64,000 bases of DNA from positions 332-64,331 of the forward strand of contig JBAVUP010000014.1 in NCBI GenBank assembly GCA_049696835.1, given 5' to 3'. Position 1 is the stretch's first letter. Each line of letters opens with the position of its first letter. Of this stretch, positions 36,848 through 46,714 are shown one piece after another. Position numbers and translations under genes: made by a program. The notes under the pieces were generated by a model. That model had not been told where the DNA came from. It ran no database searches and was given only the letters and a program-made list of their open reading frames with translations. The stretch comes from Desulfobaccales bacterium (GTDB lineage Bacteria > Desulfobacterota > Desulfobaccia > Desulfobaccales > 0-14-0-80-60-11).

Positions 36848-36876
36848 TTGACAAAATCCTTGACAAAATATAATAT
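36848..36876 (+). promoter_or_regulatory. Candidate sigma-70 promoter in an A+T-rich spacer
   Basis: TTGACA (36848-53), 17-nt spacer, TAATAT (36871-76), upstream of the sigma-54 activator gene. Confidence 0.4.
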
Positions 36877-36997
36877 TATTTTTTATTATTTATAATAATG
36901 CTAGGTAGCACTATCACGAAAAGATAATCCAGTTCTATTTGCTTGTTTGCCTGATAAGCCTTGCGGAAGTCTAAGGCGGCACAAGGAGGTGCCCGAC

Positions 36998-38023
36998 GTG
37001 ATCAGGATTAATCGCCGAATTCCAGGACCGGCGGCCCGTTTAACCTCTGACCGGATCCCGGATCTCTCCGGGATCATCACAGCAGATCCCTACTTCAAGG
37101 AAATCCTGGCCTGGCTGCCCATCTATGCCGATGCGGACCTGCCCATTCTGCTCACCGGGGAACCCGGCACCGGCAAAGAACTCATAGCCAGGGCTATCTG
37201 CGCCCTGGCCCCCGCCGGGCGTCAGACCTGCCAGCGCCTGAACTGTGCGGCGCTGACGGAGTCTTTGGCCAGCAGCGAGTTGTTCGGGCACGTCAGGGGA
37301 GCCTTTACCGATGCCCGCGAGGCGCGTCCCGGCAAGTTCAGGTTGGCCCATGGCGGCACCCTCTTCCTGGATGAGGTGGGGGAGTTGCCCCTGTCCATCC
37401 AACCCAAACTGCTCCGGGCCGTGGAGGAGGGGGAGATCGAGCCGGTGGGGGGCGACGCCCCGGTCAAGGTGGACGTGCGGCTGATAGCCGCCACCAACCA
37501 GGATCTTCCCTGCCTCATGGCCCAGGGCCGCTTCAGGCAGGACCTGTACGACCGGCTGGCGGTTTTGGCCATCCACCTGCCCCCGTTGCGGGAGCGCCCC
37601 GGTGACATCCTGTTGTTAGCGGAAGAGTTCGTCCGGGAGATGGCCCAACGCTATGGGGGCCGCCGCGCCGCCAAGTTCAGCGGCGCCGCCCGGCGCCGCC
37701 TCCGGAAACATGCCTGGCCGGGCAATGTCCGGGAACTCAGGAATGTGGTCACCCGGGCAGTATTGTTTAGTGCGGCAGGCATCATCAGAGCGGAAGATCT
37801 CGTTTTCACGTCACATTTGTCCCTGGTGCCGCCAGCGCACCCGGCGCGGGCGGAGGGGAGTTTGGCGGCGCGGCCGTCCCCTGGGCGTCTGAAGGAACTC
37901 CTGACGGCCGAACGGGGCAATATCTCCGCCCTGGCGCGCCGCCTCAAGGTCTCCAGCAAGACGATCTATCGCTGGCTCCGATCCTTCCGCATCGACTGGA
38001 TGGACATCCGGGAGAGCGCCTAG
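36998..38023 (+). CDS. Sigma-54-dependent transcriptional activator lacking an N-terminal sensory domain (AAA+ plus Fis-type HTH)
   Basis: GTG 36998 lies 7 nt after AAGGAGG. Walker A LLTGEPGTGKE, GAFTDA loop, Walker B TLFLDEVGEL, C-terminal HTH ...SSKTIYRWLRSF. Confidence 0.88.
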   Translation: MIRINRRIPGPAARLTSDRIPDLSGIITADPYFKEILAWLPIYADADLPILLTGEPGTGKELIARAICALAPAGRQTCQRLNCAALTESLASSELFGHVRGAFTDAREARPGKFRLAHGGTLFLDEVGELPLSIQPKLLRAVEEGEIEPVGGDAPVKVDVRLIAATNQDLPCLMAQGRFRQDLYDRLAVLAIHLPPLRERPGDILLLAEEFVREMAQRYGGRRAAKFSGAARRRLRKHAWPGNVRELRNVVTRAVLFSAAGIIRAEDLVFTSHLSLVPPAHPARAEGSLAARPSPGRLKELLTAERGNISALARRLKVSSKTIYRWLRSFRIDWMDIRESA

Positions 38024-38030
38024 GTAAGGA

Positions 38031-38087
38031 GCCCAAGCAGAGCTTGGGCCCAAACGCCCGTTCCCAAGCAAGAGCTTGGGAACGAGG
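38031..38087. repeat. 57-nt double-hairpin repeat (copy 1)
   Basis: gcccaagcagagcttgggcccaaacgcccgttcccaagcaagagcttgggaacgagg. Near-identical copy at 50797-50853. Confidence 0.85.
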
Positions 38088-38186
38088 ATATGCATGGCGG
38101 GACGCCACCCTGGTTTGACAAAGACTCCGGCGGGGGAGGGTAGGGGAGGCCGATGGCGCTGGCCCCCTGATTCCCTCCCCCCCCCC

Positions 38187-38222
38187 AAAAAAAACCGCCT
38201 TCCATCCGGAAGGCGGTTTTTA
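38187..38222. terminator. Bidirectional rho-independent terminator
   Basis: A8 run, stem CCGCCTTCC (38195-203), loop ATCC, stem GGAAGGCGG (38208-216), T5 run. Lies between the activator gene (+) and nuoN (-). Confidence 0.75.
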
Positions 38223-38243
38223 GTTGGCAGGATGGGGTGAGGA

Positions 38244-39659
38244 TCAGAGCACGGCTTTGGCCGCGGCCTTGGCCAGTTCCACCACGCGGTCCGGGAAGAA
38301 GCCGAAGCCGATGATGATGGCCGCCAGGGCATAGTTGAGCAGCTTCATGGGCAGGGCCAGCTGGATGGGCGGCAGTCCCGGATCATCAATGAAATAGGCG
38401 GCATAGATCACTTTTAAATAGTAGTAGAGGGATATCGTGCCGTTCACCGCGGCAATCAGCACCAGCCAGAAGTAGCCGGAGTTCATGGCGGAGGTGAAAA
38501 TGAGCAATTTCCCGGTGAAGCCGATGGACGGCGGCACCCCCGCCAGGGCGAAGATCCCCAGGATCAGGCTCATGCTCAGCAGGGGAGAGCGGCGATACAG
38601 CCCGGCCAGTTCGGCGATCTTCAAGTCCCGGCCGTCGGTGGCCACTTCGGAGAGCACCATGAACACGGTGAAGTTCATCACCAGGTAGGCCAGGGCATAG
38701 TAGATGGCGCCGATGTAGCCGGCCTCCTTCATGGTGAGGACGCCCATGAGGAACACCCCGGCATGGGCGATGGAGGAGTAGGCCAGCATGCGCTTGAAGT
38801 CTTTCTGGATGATGGCCACCAGGTTGCCCAGGGTCATGGAGACGATGGAGAGGATGACCAGGGCGATGGTGAAGTGATAGCCGAAGGCGGTGCCCAGGGC
38901 CGCAAAGCGCAGCAGCAGGGCCACGGCCGCGGCCTTGGAGGCCGTGGCGATGAAGGCGACGACCTGATTGGCCGCCCCCTGGTAAACGTCCGGGGCCCAG
39001 AAGTGGAAGGGGAACACGGAGAGCTTGAAGAAAAACCCCGCCATGGCCAGCAGCAGCCCGATGATGCCGATGGGGCTGTGCACCAGTTGCGCCATTTTGG
39101 GCAGGATGTCAGCCAGATAGGTGGAACCCGTGGCGCCGAAGATGTAGCTCAGGCCGAAGAGCATGAAACCCGAGGACACCGCGCCGATGAACAGATACTT
39201 GATGCCCGCTTCCACGTCGATGCCGTCGCCCCGCCGCAGCGGCACCAGGATGTACAGGGAGTAAGAGGACAGCTCCAGGGCCACGTAGATGGTGAGGAGT
39301 TCCACCGAGCTTACCAGCATCATCATGCCGATGGTGGTGGTGGTGAGGAAGAGATAGAATTCCGCCTGATAGCGTTCCTCAATGTGGGCCAGGTTGTGGG
39401 AGATGGTCAAGACCAGGAAGAGTCCCAGGGCCAGGGCGAACTTGAAGATTTGGCTGAACAGGTCCACCCGGTAGGCCTTGAAGAACAGATCACCGCGCTG
39501 GAACAGGCAGTAGCCGGCCACCAGGACGCCGATGGCCGATAGGGCCAGGGCGATCTGGTAGTCCAGCTGCACCTGCACCTGGCGCCTCAGGGTGAGGCAG
39601 AAGAACACCAGGGCCATGCCCAGATAATAGAGTTCCGGTCCGAAGAGCATCATGTTCAT
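38244..39659 (-). CDS. nuoN: NADH-quinone oxidoreductase subunit N
   Basis: 471 aa, multi-TM antiporter-like protein, last gene of the nuo cluster. Confidence 0.9.
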   Translation of the reverse strand: MNMMLFGPELYYLGMALVFFCLTLRRQVQVQLDYQIALALSAIGVLVAGYCLFQRGDLFFKAYRVDLFSQIFKFALALGLFLVLTISHNLAHIEERYQAEFYLFLTTTTIGMMMLVSSVELLTIYVALELSSYSLYILVPLRRGDGIDVEAGIKYLFIGAVSSGFMLFGLSYIFGATGSTYLADILPKMAQLVHSPIGIIGLLLAMAGFFFKLSVFPFHFWAPDVYQGAANQVVAFIATASKAAAVALLLRFAALGTAFGYHFTIALVILSIVSMTLGNLVAIIQKDFKRMLAYSSIAHAGVFLMGVLTMKEAGYIGAIYYALAYLVMNFTVFMVLSEVATDGRDLKIAELAGLYRRSPLLSMSLILGIFALAGVPPSIGFTGKLLIFTSAMNSGYFWLVLIAAVNGTISLYYYLKVIYAAYFIDDPGLPPIQLALPMKLLNYALAAIIIGFGFFPDRVVELAKAAAKAVL

Positions 39660-39661
39660 GG

Positions 39662-41134
39662 TTACATTCCCTGGAGAAACGGTATGACTGAGGATTTAAT
39701 CATGCTGACCATCAGTTGCGGGAAGAACCCGAAAAGCAGCAAGGTGCCGATGAGGATCATCCGGGGCAGCCCCAGGAAGGGACTGACGTCCTCAAAATGC
39801 ACGAACTTCGGATTAGGTTCGTTATAGAAGGTATTCTGGACCACCCGCAAGGCGAACAGGGCGCCCACCACCAGGGCGGCGATGGCGAGCAAGCCGGCGA
39901 TGGGGTAGACCTTGACGGTGGCGATAAAGACCAGCAGTTCGGCCCAGAAGCTGGCCATTCCCGGCACGCCGGCGCCGCAGAGGGCCGCGGTGATGAAAAA
40001 GGCCGAAGCCACGGGCATGATCTTGGAGAAGCCCCCCAGTTCATGGATATCCCGGGTGTGGGTGCGATCATAAATATAGCCCACCGAAGAGAAGAAGAGG
40101 GCCGTCATGATGCCGTGGGCGAACATCTGGAACACCGAGCCGTTGAGGCCGTCCACGGTGCCGGTGGACAGGCCCAGACAGACGATGCCCATGTGGGAGA
40201 CCGAAGAATACCCGATGACGTATTTCAAGTCGGTCTGGGCCAGGCCCACGAATACCCCGTAGACGATGCCGATGGTGGCCAGGAGCATCATGAGGTTGGC
40301 CCAGTATTGGAAGCCCGCGGGGCACAGAAACATAGCCACCCGGAGGATGGCGAAGGAGCCCAACTTCATCAACACGCCGGCGTGGAGCATGGACACCGCG
40401 GTGGGCGCGGCCACGTGGCCGACGGGCGACCATGTGTGGAACGGCCAGACCGCCGCCAGCACCCCGAATCCGAAGAACAACAGGACGAAGGCGACCTTCT
40501 GGATCCAGGGAGTGAAGTGGGCCCCGTGGAGCATGAGCATGTTGAAAGTGTTGAGGCCGGAGCTGGCATAGAGGAGCAGGATGCCGGGGATGATGAGGCC
40601 GCTGCCGGCCATGAGGTACAGGGTGAGCTTCATGGCGGCGTATTCTTTGCGGGTGGAGCCCCAGACCAGGATGAGGATGTACATGGGCACCACGGCGATC
40701 TCATAGAACAGGAAGAAGAAGAACATGTCATAGGACATGAAGACGCCGAAGACCCCGGTCACCAGAGCCAGCATCCAGATGAAGTATTCCTTGGTGCGGG
40801 TCTCCAGTTCCCACATGGTGAGACAGCCGGTGAAGATGACGATGCCGGTGAGAAGCAGCAGGGGGGCATTCAGGCCTTCCACGCCCACGAAGTAGGTGAT
40901 GCAGAAGGTCTTCACCCACTCGTACTTCTCTACGAACTGCAGGCCCCCCAGGGTCTTGTCATAAGTCACGAAGACGAAGATGGCCAAGGCCAGGGAGAGG
41001 CCCGCCGCCACCACGGCCACGACCCGGATGAGGAACTTCTGCTCTTCCTTCAAGGTCAGGAGGATGAGCAGCCCCATAAACGGGGACAGGAGCATACAGC
41101 TCAGATACGGAAAAGAAGCAGCATGTTCGGTCAT
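39662..41134 (-). CDS. nuoM: NADH-quinone oxidoreductase subunit M
   Basis: 490 aa, antiporter-like, ...HTWSPVGHVAAPTAVSMLHAGVLMKLG... Confidence 0.9.
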   Translation of the reverse strand: MTEHAASFPYLSCMLLSPFMGLLILLTLKEEQKFLIRVVAVVAAGLSLALAIFVFVTYDKTLGGLQFVEKYEWVKTFCITYFVGVEGLNAPLLLLTGIVIFTGCLTMWELETRTKEYFIWMLALVTGVFGVFMSYDMFFFFLFYEIAVVPMYILILVWGSTRKEYAAMKLTLYLMAGSGLIIPGILLLYASSGLNTFNMLMLHGAHFTPWIQKVAFVLLFFGFGVLAAVWPFHTWSPVGHVAAPTAVSMLHAGVLMKLGSFAILRVAMFLCPAGFQYWANLMMLLATIGIVYGVFVGLAQTDLKYVIGYSSVSHMGIVCLGLSTGTVDGLNGSVFQMFAHGIMTALFFSSVGYIYDRTHTRDIHELGGFSKIMPVASAFFITAALCGAGVPGMASFWAELLVFIATVKVYPIAGLLAIAALVVGALFALRVVQNTFYNEPNPKFVHFEDVSPFLGLPRMILIGTLLLFGFFPQLMVSMIKSSVIPFLQGM

Positions 41135-41135
41135 A

Positions 41136-43067
41136 TCAGAGACCCATCAAGAGATATATCCCGACGCCAGCCAGGACCAGTACCATGAACAGCAGGTTGT
41201 ATTGTAGGAACGCGGTTTGAATGAAGGACAGCAGCCGGCCGCTGCCGATGGTGGAAAAGGCCACGGTATCCACGCCGCCATCCACTACCCGCCGGTCGTT
41301 GTACGTGAACAGCCGGGAGAAGGTGCCATAGATGAAACGGTTCAGGAACCAGCGCCAGAAATGGTCCATGTACCATTTCTGGATGAAGAAGTTCTCCAGG
41401 GCCGGCACCTGGCGGATGAAGCCCACGCACTTGGCGCCCTGGCGGCCCCAATCGAGCCAGGCCATGGCGATGCCGCCCACGGCGCAGCTTACGGCCGCGA
41501 CCAGGAGAAACATGTCGGGTGCGTGGTGGTGCACTTCGCCCAGGAGCAACTTCTGCAAATAGTCATGGCAGAAACCGAGGATCAGGGAAAAGACCGCCAG
41601 CACGATCAGGGGGAAGACCATGACCCAGGGGACCCCATGGGATTCGTCATGGCCGTGGCCGCCATGCCCGTGCTCTTCCTCCACGGGCTCCACATGGCCG
41701 TGGACCTGCCCGTAGGCCCCCGGCTTGGGGAAGAGCATGACAAAGATCACCCGGAAGGAGTAGTACGCGGTCAGGAAGGCGCCCAACAGGCCCACGACCA
41801 ACCAGGTCTTGTTGGGCAGAGCCGCCAGGGTCCCCATGATGGCTTCCTTGCTGAAAAACCCGGCAAAGGGGAAGATGCCCGCCAGGGCCAGGGCGGCGAT
41901 GGTGATGCAGATCATGGGGATGTAGAGTTTTCGGCCTCCCCGGGTCGCCATGGTAAAGAAGTCATTGGTGCCGAAATGGTGGATGAAGACGCCGGAACAC
42001 AAGAACAGCAGGGCCTTGAAGGCCGCGTGGGTGGTCAGGTGGTAGTACCCGGCGAACAGGGTGCCGGAGGCCAGGGCCGCGGCGGCCAGCCCCATGGCCA
42101 TGAACCCCAGCTGGCTGACGGTGGAATAGGCCCAGACCTGCTTGATATCCGTGGCCACCATGCCGACGGTGGAGGACAGGATCAGGGTAATGGAGGCGAT
42201 GGCGATGATCACGGTCATGGCGGTGGTGGAGGCCGCAAAGAACGGGAAGATGCGGGTCATGAGGTAAACGCCCGCGGCCACCATGGTGGCGGAATGCAGC
42301 AAGGCCGAAACCGGGGTGGGACCTTCCATGGCGTCGGGGAGCCACACGTGCAACGGGAACTGGGCGCTCTTGCCCATGACGCCGCAGAAGATCAACAGGG
42401 CCGCGGTGGTGAGGAGCCAGGGAGGCATCTTGTGGGCCACCGCGGCGGCGTTCACCGAGGCGATATCCAGATTGCCGTAGAACAGGGTGAGGAAGACCAG
42501 GCCCATGAAGAAGCCGATGTCCCCGAAGCGGGTGACCACGAAGGCCTTCTTGCCGGCTTCCGAGGCCGAGAATTTCTCATACCAGAAGCCGATGAGGAGA
42601 TATGAGGCCAGGCCCACCAGCTCCCAGGCGATGTACAACTGCAACAGGCCGCTCGAAATCACCAGGGTGAGCATGGCCAGGGCGAAGAGCGACAGGAAGG
42701 CGTAATAGCGGCCGAAGCCCGGGTCGCCCGCCATGTAGCCGATGGAGTAAATCTGCACCAGCCAACTGATGGTGGCCACGATCACGAACATCAACAGGCT
42801 GGTGGGATCCAGCAGAAAGCCGAAGGGCACCTTGACGATGTCGGACACCAGCCAGTCGAAGTTGTAGATGATGGGTGCGTGCCCCCCCAGCTTGAAGAAA
42901 AAGGTCCAGGCGATAATCAGGGGGATGGTGGAGGCCACCAGGGAGACGGCCAGCGACAGTTTGGCATTATTCCTGGTGAAGATCATGATCAGGCCGAAGG
43001 CCGACAACGGCAGAAACACCGTGAGCAGACAACCCAAGAGAATCGGATCCCACGAGCCCATGATCAA
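41136..43067 (-). CDS. nuoL: NADH-quinone oxidoreductase subunit L
   Basis: 643 aa, ...WLPDAMEGPTPVSALLHSATMVAAGVYL... Confidence 0.92.
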   Translation of the reverse strand: MIMGSWDPILLGCLLTVFLPLSAFGLIMIFTRNNAKLSLAVSLVASTIPLIIAWTFFFKLGGHAPIIYNFDWLVSDIVKVPFGFLLDPTSLLMFVIVATISWLVQIYSIGYMAGDPGFGRYYAFLSLFALAMLTLVISSGLLQLYIAWELVGLASYLLIGFWYEKFSASEAGKKAFVVTRFGDIGFFMGLVFLTLFYGNLDIASVNAAAVAHKMPPWLLTTAALLIFCGVMGKSAQFPLHVWLPDAMEGPTPVSALLHSATMVAAGVYLMTRIFPFFAASTTAMTVIIAIASITLILSSTVGMVATDIKQVWAYSTVSQLGFMAMGLAAAALASGTLFAGYYHLTTHAAFKALLFLCSGVFIHHFGTNDFFTMATRGGRKLYIPMICITIAALALAGIFPFAGFFSKEAIMGTLAALPNKTWLVVGLLGAFLTAYYSFRVIFVMLFPKPGAYGQVHGHVEPVEEEHGHGGHGHDESHGVPWVMVFPLIVLAVFSLILGFCHDYLQKLLLGEVHHHAPDMFLLVAAVSCAVGGIAMAWLDWGRQGAKCVGFIRQVPALENFFIQKWYMDHFWRWFLNRFIYGTFSRLFTYNDRRVVDGGVDTVAFSTIGSGRLLSFIQTAFLQYNLLFMVLVLAGVGIYLLMGL

Positions 43068-43381
43068 CCCCTAAGCTCGGTGGCGTGTTCGACGTTGATG
43101 GATTTCAGCTTCCGATACACGGCCACGATGATGCTCAAGGCGATGGCGGCTTCGGCCGCGGCCACGGCCATGATGAACAGGGTAATGACCTGTCCGACGG
43201 CCGGATGCGGGGCCAGGAAGCGATTGAAGGCCATGAAATTGATGCTGGCGGCGTTCAGGATCAGCTCCACCGAAATGAGGATGGCGATGAGCGAGCGCCG
43301 GGCCAGGACACCATAGAGGCCGATGACGAAGAGCACCAGGGCCAGGAAGAGGTAGGTCTGCAATTGATTAAACAGCAGCAT
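43064..43381 (-). CDS. nuoK: NADH-quinone oxidoreductase subunit K
   Basis: 105 aa with three TM helices, ...LISVELILNAASINFMAF... Confidence 0.92.
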   Translation of the reverse strand: MLLFNQLQTYLFLALVLFVIGLYGVLARRSLIAILISVELILNAASINFMAFNRFLAPHPAVGQVITLFIMAVAAAEAAIALSIIVAVYRKLKSINVEHATELRG

Positions 43382-43395
43382 CTCGAACCCTCGAG

Positions 43396-43929
43396 TTAAG
43401 GTTTGCCGCGGCCGCCCCGGGCGGTGACGATGGCGCCCAGCATGGCCACCAGCAGCAGTAGCGATACCAATTCAAAGATTAAGGAGTAATTGGTGAGCAG
43501 GTAATGACCGATGGTGGTGATGGACCAATCGGTGCTGCGTTCCGCGGCCGGGGTCCACGTGGTTTTCTTCAACAGCAGCCCGAGGAAGGCAAAGATCGCG
43601 CCCGCGCCCGCTGCCGCGCCCAAGACCTTGGCCTTGTTGCGGGGCGGCCGGGGCAGATAGAGAGGCTCGGACAGCATAATGGCAAAGCAGATGGCGATGC
43701 AGATGGCCCCCACATAGATGAGGATCTCCATCAGGGCGACAAAGGGACTGTTGAGAAAGAGGAAGAGACCGGCCACCCCGAACAGGGACACGGCCAATCC
43801 CAGGACATTGTGGAAGATGTTCCTGGCTCCCACGGCGATGAGGGCGCCCAGGATGGTGAGTCCCACCACCATCACAAAGGCCATGGTGGCCGCAGTCTGG
43901 GGAGTGAGCACGGCGCTTAAAAAGTTCAT
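43396..43929 (-). CDS. nuoJ: NADH-quinone oxidoreductase subunit J
   Basis: 177 aa membrane protein, in conserved order between nuoK and nuoI. Confidence 0.88.
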   Translation of the reverse strand: MNFLSAVLTPQTAATMAFVMVVGLTILGALIAVGARNIFHNVLGLAVSLFGVAGLFLFLNSPFVALMEILIYVGAICIAICFAIMLSEPLYLPRPPRNKAKVLGAAAGAGAIFAFLGLLLKKTTWTPAAERSTDWSITTIGHYLLTNYSLIFELVSLLLLVAMLGAIVTARGGRGKP

Positions 43930-44564
43930 TCTTTAACCTCTTCTTCAGGGGCCTTTTTGCCTGCTGCGGCTTCGGCGCCCTTAGCTGCCGCGTCGGCCTT
44001 AGCCTTGGCCTCGGCCTTGGCTTGGGCTTCTTTTTCTTTGGCTGCTTTCGCCGCCGCCTCAGCCGCCAGGGCGGCGGCAATGTCTTCTTCCGTGGGAACC
44101 GGCGTGACGGGGAGGTTTCGGGCTTTCTGGCGCTGCTGCAAGAGGATCAAGTGGTTAAGGACACAGTCTTCCCGACGGTAGCCAGCCAGCCGGTAAACCG
44201 CCGAAAACTCCAGGGCCGTGGTGGGGCAGACTTCCACGCACAGACCGCACAGACTGCAATACTGATGCTCGTGGACGTATTTGGTGGCTCTCTTCTGCTT
44301 TTCACCCGGAAACTTGGTCCCTGCCACCGTGATCAACTGGGACGGGCAAATGCGGGCGCACATCTCGCAGGCGATGCACCGGTGCGTCTGGGTCTCGGGG
44401 TCGATGATAAACTGGGGATAGCCCCGATACCTCGGGGACATCTGAATCTTTTGCCGCGGGTACTGGACGGTGACGATGGGTTTGACAAAATAACGGATGG
44501 TCACCGCCATGCCCGCCAGCAGACTCCAGAAACCCACCGCAATTTCTTTGAAATAACTCATCAT
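43926..44564 (-). CDS. nuoI: NADH-quinone oxidoreductase subunit I (2x[4Fe-4S]) with ~60-aa Ala/Lys/Glu-rich C-terminal tail
   Basis: CIACEMCARICP and CSLCGLCVEVCP motifs. The tail reads ...AAALAAEAAAKAAKEKEAQAKAEAKAKADAAAKGAEAAAGKKAPEEEVKE. Confidence 0.92.
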   Translation of the reverse strand: MMSYFKEIAVGFWSLLAGMAVTIRYFVKPIVTVQYPRQKIQMSPRYRGYPQFIIDPETQTHRCIACEMCARICPSQLITVAGTKFPGEKQKRATKYVHEHQYCSLCGLCVEVCPTTALEFSAVYRLAGYRREDCVLNHLILLQQRQKARNLPVTPVPTEEDIAAALAAEAAAKAAKEKEAQAKAEAKAKADAAAKGAEAAAGKKAPEEEVKE

Positions 44565-44602
44565 CGCTACGTAACCTTTATGCCGGAATTAACCGGCCCA
44601 CC

Positions 44603-45577
44603 TCATCTGAGTTTTAAGATAAAGGCCGTGAGGAGCAGATTGACAAAGGCCAGAGGGATCAAGATCTTCCAGGCGAAGGTGACCAACTGGTCGAACCGCA
44701 CCCGGGGAAAGGTCCAGCGGAACCACATGAGCAGGAAGACCACGGCATAGACCTTGAGGAAGAACCAGACTACCCCGGGGAGGACAGGCCCATGCCAACC
44801 CCCCAGAAAAAGCACCGTGGCCACTGCCGCGGCGATGAACATGTTGGTGTATTCCGCCAGAAAGAACAGGGCGAACCGCATCCCGGAATATTCGGTGTGG
44901 AAGCCGGCCACCAGTTCCGATTCCGCCTCGGGCAGGTCAAAGGGGGCCCGGTTGGTCTCCGCGGTGGCGCAGATAATATAGAGAATGAACGCCAGGGGTT
45001 GCACCACGATAAACCAGTGGCGGCTCTGGGCGGCGACAATATCGGACAGCTTGAACGACCCCACCATGAGGATGATGCTCATGACGGTGACGAGCAGGGG
45101 AATTTCGTACGCCACGTTCTGGGCCACGGAGCGGATGGCGCCGAAGACCGAGTACTTGTTGTTGGAGGACCATCCGGCCATGAGGATGGCCAGCACCGAC
45201 AGGGTGGAAAAGGCGAGGATCAGAACGATGCCCACGTTCATGTCCCGGATGATCATGGTTTGGGAAAAGGGGATGACCAGAAAGGAGAGCAAAACCGGCA
45301 GAAAGACCACGATGGGGGCCAGCCAGTAGATGGGCTTGTCCACTTCTTCCGGGGTGATGAGCTCCTTGCCCATGAGCTTGAGGGCATCGGCCAGGGACTG
45401 GAGGACGCCATGCGGGCCGACCTCCATGGGACCGGGCCGGAGCTGCATATGCCCCGACACTTTGCGCTCCACCCAGATGAGAAACAAGGCGTTCACCGAA
45501 ACCAGGGCGATGACCCCGATCAGGCCCACGATCATCCGGGCCCCTGCATTACCCAAAAAATGCGCCACAAGTTCCAT
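44603..45577 (-). CDS. nuoH: NADH-quinone oxidoreductase subunit H
   Basis: 324 aa, ...[32 protein letters not shown]... Confidence 0.93.
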   Translation of the reverse strand: MELVAHFLGNAGARMIVGLIGVIALVSVNALFLIWVERKVSGHMQLRPGPMEVGPHGVLQSLADALKLMGKELITPEEVDKPIYWLAPIVVFLPVLLSFLVIPFSQTMIIRDMNVGIVLILAFSTLSVLAILMAGWSSNNKYSVFGAIRSVAQNVAYEIPLLVTVMSIILMVGSFKLSDIVAAQSRHWFIVVQPLAFILYIICATAETNRAPFDLPEAESELVAGFHTEYSGMRFALFFLAEYTNMFIAAAVATVLFLGGWHGPVLPGVVWFFLKVYAVVFLLMWFRWTFPRVRFDQLVTFAWKILIPLAFVNLLLTAFILKLR

Positions 45578-45598
45578 AGTTTGCGCTCGTAGAAGGAC

Positions 45599-46714
45599 TT
45601 ACCGGTCAATTTCCGGGATGACCAGGTCCACGGAGCCCAGGATGGCCACCAGGTCGGCCACCAGGGTGTCCACGGCCAATTCCGGGAAGACGCTGAGATT
45701 GGCAAAGGACGGCACCCGGAGTTTGATCCGGTAGGGTTTGACGTCGCCCTGACTGACGATGTAGCAGCCGAATTCCCCCCGGGCGGTTTCCACGGCCTGG
45801 AAGACCTCGCCCGCCTCGGGCTTGATGCGCTTGGGCACCTTTTCCGCCATGATGGGGCCGTTGGGGAGCCTGTCCAGGGCCTGCTCGATGATGCGACAGC
45901 TCTGCTCCATCTCCTGCAGGCGCACCAGGTAGCGGTCAAAAATGTCGCCCTTGGACCCGATAGGGATTTCAAAATCAAAGAGAGGATAGGCGGAATAGGG
46001 TTCGCTCTTGCGGATATCGTAGGGGATGCCGCTGCCCCGCAAATTGGGGCCGGTGATCCCGTATTTCAGGCACTGATCCTGGGTGATGAGGCCCACGTCC
46101 CGGGCTCGATTGATGAAGATGACGTTCTTGGTCACCAGGTTGTCGTAGTCCACCCAGCGGCTGCGCAGCCGCTGGATAAAGGCCCGGCAGCCGGTGATGA
46201 ACTCCTCATCGAGGTCAACGGGCACGCCGCCGAAGCGGTAGAAGCAGTAGGTGAGCCGCGACCCGGTGATGCGGTCCAGGAGATCCAGAATATGCTCCCG
46301 GTCGTCAAAGCAATACATGATGGGGGTGAAGGCCCCCAGATCCAGGAGATAGGCCCCGAACCATAAGAGGTGGGAAGTAATGCGGTTGAGTTCGGCGGTG
46401 ATCACCCGGATGAATTCGGCCCGCTCCGGCACCGCCAGGCCCAGGAGCTTTTCCACCGCCATGCAATAGCCCTGATTGTAGGCCAGGGCGTGCAGGTAAT
46501 CCACCCGACCCATGTTCGGCAGGAATTGCAGGTAGTTGCGATTCTCCGCCATGTGCTCGTGGCCGCGGTGGCCGTACCCGATGACCGGCTCCGCCTTGGT
46601 GATGAACTCACCTTCCATCTCCAAGAGCACCCGCAAGACGCCGTGGGTGCTGGGATGCTGCGGACCCAGGTTCAGGGTATAGGTCTTTTCTTCGAGTCCG
46701 TATAGCTCAATCAT
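45599..46714 (-). CDS. nuoD: NADH-quinone oxidoreductase subunit D
   Basis: 371 aa, ...LNLGPQHPSTHGVLRVLLEMEGE... Confidence 0.94.
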   Translation of the reverse strand: MIELYGLEEKTYTLNLGPQHPSTHGVLRVLLEMEGEFITKAEPVIGYGHRGHEHMAENRNYLQFLPNMGRVDYLHALAYNQGYCMAVEKLLGLAVPERAEFIRVITAELNRITSHLLWFGAYLLDLGAFTPIMYCFDDREHILDLLDRITGSRLTYCFYRFGGVPVDLDEEFITGCRAFIQRLRSRWVDYDNLVTKNVIFINRARDVGLITQDQCLKYGITGPNLRGSGIPYDIRKSEPYSAYPLFDFEIPIGSKGDIFDRYLVRLQEMEQSCRIIEQALDRLPNGPIMAEKVPKRIKPEAGEVFQAVETARGEFGCYIVSQGDVKPYRIKLRVPSFANLSVFPELAVDTLVADLVAILGSVDLVIPEIDR

